DNA of 64,000 nucleotides from a virus, in IMG/VR virus record IMGVR_UViG_3300008119_000006, one strand, 5' to 3'. Positions 61,584-64,000 of the stretch are shown here, in pieces. Position 1 is the stretch's first letter. Each line of letters begins with the position of its first letter. The position numbers were made by a program, and so were the translations under genes. A model generated the notes under the pieces. The model worked only from the letters and a program-made list of their open reading frames with translations, was not told where the DNA came from and ran no database searches.

Positions 61584-63184
61584 TGGCAAATACTTCAATT
61601 ATACAATTAAAAAGAAGTAATACGGTATTTTCTATGCCAGCAGCCAATACTTTGGCTCCTGGTGAATTGGCAGTAAACTTAACTGATGGTCGTTTATTTT
61701 TACAGTTACAAAATGGTCATGTAGTTGATATTTCTTCTACGCCAGCTGGCAAAACTTATTATGTTTCAACAACAGGTAATGACCAGTTCGATGGTACGAC
61801 TCCAGGTGCATCAAAAGCAACCATTCGTGCAGCAGTAGCTGCAGCAGTACCAGGAGATACAGTTTTTATTCATAGCGGTTTATACACCGAAATTACTCCT
61901 ATTATTGTTCCACAACAAGTACAGATTTGTGGTGCAGGAGAAAGAAATACTATTATTAAGCCGATTGATTCAACAAAAGATATTTTTTGGATGAACAACA
62001 ATGGTTATGTAACTGGTGTAAAATTTATTGACTACTCAGGTTCGGCAATTTCATTTCCAGCTCCAATAGTTGAAACTGGTACAGTACAAAGTGGTACTGC
62101 AACTACTGTTCGATTGGCTGCATCTGCATCTTCTTATGATGATTATTATACTAGTATGAATATTACCATCACAGCAGGTGCTGGAGCAAATCAAACTAAA
62201 ACAATTACTGCTTATGATGGCAACACAAAAATTGCTACGTTAAGCACTAGTTTTATTAATTTTCCTGATAGCAGTTCTTCTTACAATCTTTTTATTCCAT
62301 TGAGAACTTCACCAGCTACTAGCAATACAAGATATACAACTTATATTACTGGAAGTCCATACATTTATAATTGTTCTTCTATTACTACTCTTGGTGGAAC
62401 AGGATTAAAAATTGATGGATCAAGAGCTACTGGTAATAAGAGTATGATTTCTGCACAATATACTCAAGTAAATAATAATGGTACTGGTGTACATATTTTA
62501 AATGATGGTTACTCACAATTAGTTTCTATCTATGGTATCTTCTGTGACACTTCTTTCTTAGCGGAAACTGGTGGTTCGGCTTCAATGGGTAACTGTAACG
62601 TAAACTTTGGTAATCGTGGTCTTGTTGCTAATGGCAAAGGTGCTCTTGCTATGACTGCGGTGTTGGACGGCATTCAAGCTGCCAACAATAATACTTTTGA
62701 TATTAAAAATATAGTTGCAAATACAGATTTTGTAACATCAACAGTTCCTTTTTCTACCATGGTTATGAAAATTGCTGGTGATGATCCGAGCACATATTAT
62801 ACCGTTAGTTCTGCAACTCCATTAGGTGCAAACGGAAATAGTACGGTTACATTTGCACTAAGTAATACATCAGTATTTGCTAACGGTACACAACTTAGTT
62901 TTTACCAACAAAGTCAATTAAGAGCATCAGCACAAACTTTTGAATTTGTTGGTGCCGGAACAACAATTAATGCACTACCAAGATTAGGTGGTGTTGCAAA
63001 TTCAGCAAATCAAATTATTGTAATTGCAGAAGGTGCTGTTTACGCCACAGCAACAGATGAATCTGGTAATTTTATTGTAGGCGACTTAGTACTTAATCAA
63101 TCTACAGCAACTATTGCTGGTAGAACATTTACAAAAAGTTTATTTGCAGAAATGACACCTTATATTTTAGCGCTCGAAGGATAA
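61583..63184 (+). CDS. tail fibre/spike protein with pectin-lyase-like beta-helix
   Basis: IQLKRS...GELAVN..DGRLF N-terminus; YYVS..GND..DG....K.TI..A...A.PGD.V....G.Y.E; SPYIYNC. Confidence 0.75.
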   Translation: MANTSIIQLKRSNTVFSMPAANTLAPGELAVNLTDGRLFLQLQNGHVVDISSTPAGKTYYVSTTGNDQFDGTTPGASKATIRAAVAAAVPGDTVFIHSGLYTEITPIIVPQQVQICGAGERNTIIKPIDSTKDIFWMNNNGYVTGVKFIDYSGSAISFPAPIVETGTVQSGTATTVRLAASASSYDDYYTSMNITITAGAGANQTKTITAYDGNTKIATLSTSFINFPDSSSSYNLFIPLRTSPATSNTRYTTYITGSPYIYNCSSITTLGGTGLKIDGSRATGNKSMISAQYTQVNNNGTGVHILNDGYSQLVSIYGIFCDTSFLAETGGSASMGNCNVNFGNRGLVANGKGALAMTAVLDGIQAANNNTFDIKNIVANTDFVTSTVPFSTMVMKIAGDDPSTYYTVSSATPLGANGNSTVTFALSNTSVFANGTQLSFYQQSQLRASAQTFEFVGAGTTINALPRLGGVANSANQIIVIAEGAVYATATDESGNFIVGDLVLNQSTATIAGRTFTKSLFAEMTPYILALEG

Positions 63185-63187
63185 AAA

Positions 63188-63526
63188 ATGGCAGCCATTC
63201 CATTAAATACGTTTAAGACAACAACTTTAGATTTAACAACCACTCCACAAACTGTATACACTTGTCCAATTAGTGTAACAACCGTGGTTCTATTGGCTCA
63301 AGTATCAAATATTAATGCTACAAGTTCAATTACAGCGTCAGCAAATTTTCTTAGAGGTCCGAATACAACATCAATTATTAAAAACACCATTATACCAATT
63401 AATGATGCGGGTACTTTGTTAACAGGAAAATTAATATTACAAACTGGAGATTCACTTTCAGCCAGTTGTAGCACAAATAATTCAGGACAATTAATTTTGT
63501 CATATCTAGAAACAGCAAATCAATAA
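63188..63526 (+). CDS. conserved small virion protein
   Basis: NTFK...YT.P....TVVL..QV.N...GKLIL..GD...LS.LE. Confidence 0.75.
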   Translation: MAAIPLNTFKTTTLDLTTTPQTVYTCPISVTTVVLLAQVSNINATSSITASANFLRGPNTTSIIKNTIIPINDAGTLLTGKLILQTGDSLSASCSTNNSGQLILSYLETANQ

Positions 63527-63532
63527 TAAAAT

Positions 63533-64000
63533 ATGACCAATAGATCCAGACTGGTTAGCGGTCGTGTACCCACAAGTAACTCTGCTAATGTTACATCAGA
63601 CCGATATCAATTTTTAGATTTAAGTTCAGCAGAACCAAATCTAGGCGCAGCCAATACCGGAGATATATTAAGTTATAACTCTAATTATCCTGGTGGTCGT
63701 CAATGGATATCTGCCAATACATTAGTAGCTGGTAATACTCAACAAATATTTGATAAAGCCAACTCAGCCAATGTACTGGCACAAGCGGCTTATAATCAAG
63801 CAAATAATGCGTCTGCCAATACAATAGTTTTGGCTGCTGTAGATGTGGCACAAAATGCCAATATATCTATTGCTTTAGCTGGTGTTCAAGCAGCCAATGC
63901 CAATATTAGTTTCTTAACTGGTTTCAGTCAAGGTGCTTTTGATAAAGCCAATGCAGCCAATGTATTAGCTCAAGCGGCCTATAACCAAGCAAATACGGCA
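63533..64000 (+). CDS. tail fibre-like protein, partial, with FDKANxANVLAQAAYNQAN repeats
   Basis: Translated by hand: MTNRSRLVSGRV...RYQFLDLSSAEPNLG...; frame is open to the window end. Confidence 0.75.
   Translation, partial: MTNRSRLVSGRVPTSNSANVTSDRYQFLDLSSAEPNLGAANTGDILSYNSNYPGGRQWISANTLVAGNTQQIFDKANSANVLAQAAYNQANNASANTIVLAAVDVAQNANISIALAGVQAANANISFLTGFSQGAFDKANAANVLAQAAYNQANTA

Noticed and set aside
59699-64000. Diversity-generating retroelement or invertible tail-fibre cassette
   Set aside because: No reverse transcriptase, invertase or adenine-specific template/variable repeat pair seen in this window.

Overview
Segment of a large, AT-rich T4-like (Tevenvirinae-type) myovirus genome using the standard genetic code; the gene content is compatible with an aquatic proteobacterial host (inference). 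Layout: (1) 1-5345, auxiliary genes (vWA/CobT-like tail, MazG-like, GalE-like epimerase, GroES, DUF2452-like, LpxH-like phosphoesterase). (2) A GC-rich non-coding island near 5345-5660, then a long early region (5660 to about 22600) of small ORFs with sigma70-like promoters, tRNA-Tyr, tRNA-Glu, GP88, a CobS/MoxR AAA ATPase and several structured RNA elements. (3) An inserted protein-modification cassette at 22897-28863: a 160-aa protein with a tail-adhesin-like N-terminus and a 23-Cys, Asn-Cys-repeat C-terminus, next to a radical SAM/SPASM enzyme, a flavin-dependent tryptophan-halogenase-like enzyme and three 2OG-Fe(II) oxygenases. This is the best candidate for a new system, a phage RiPP-like pathway possibly acting on a virion protein. 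(4) Exonuclease, SNase, a circularly permuted two-piece tmRNA (tag ANDNKYALAA), SleB hydrolase, gp33, gp59 and gp32. (5) Tail and baseplate module: two tape-measure/hub-like paralogues, gp51, gp26, gp54, gp2, gp4, gp48, gp53, split gp5, gp25, gp6, gp7, gp8, DUF4815/VrlC-like and tail fibres, with a candidate -1 frameshift joining gp26 to gp51. All family assignments come from motif recognition by eye; no searches were run.
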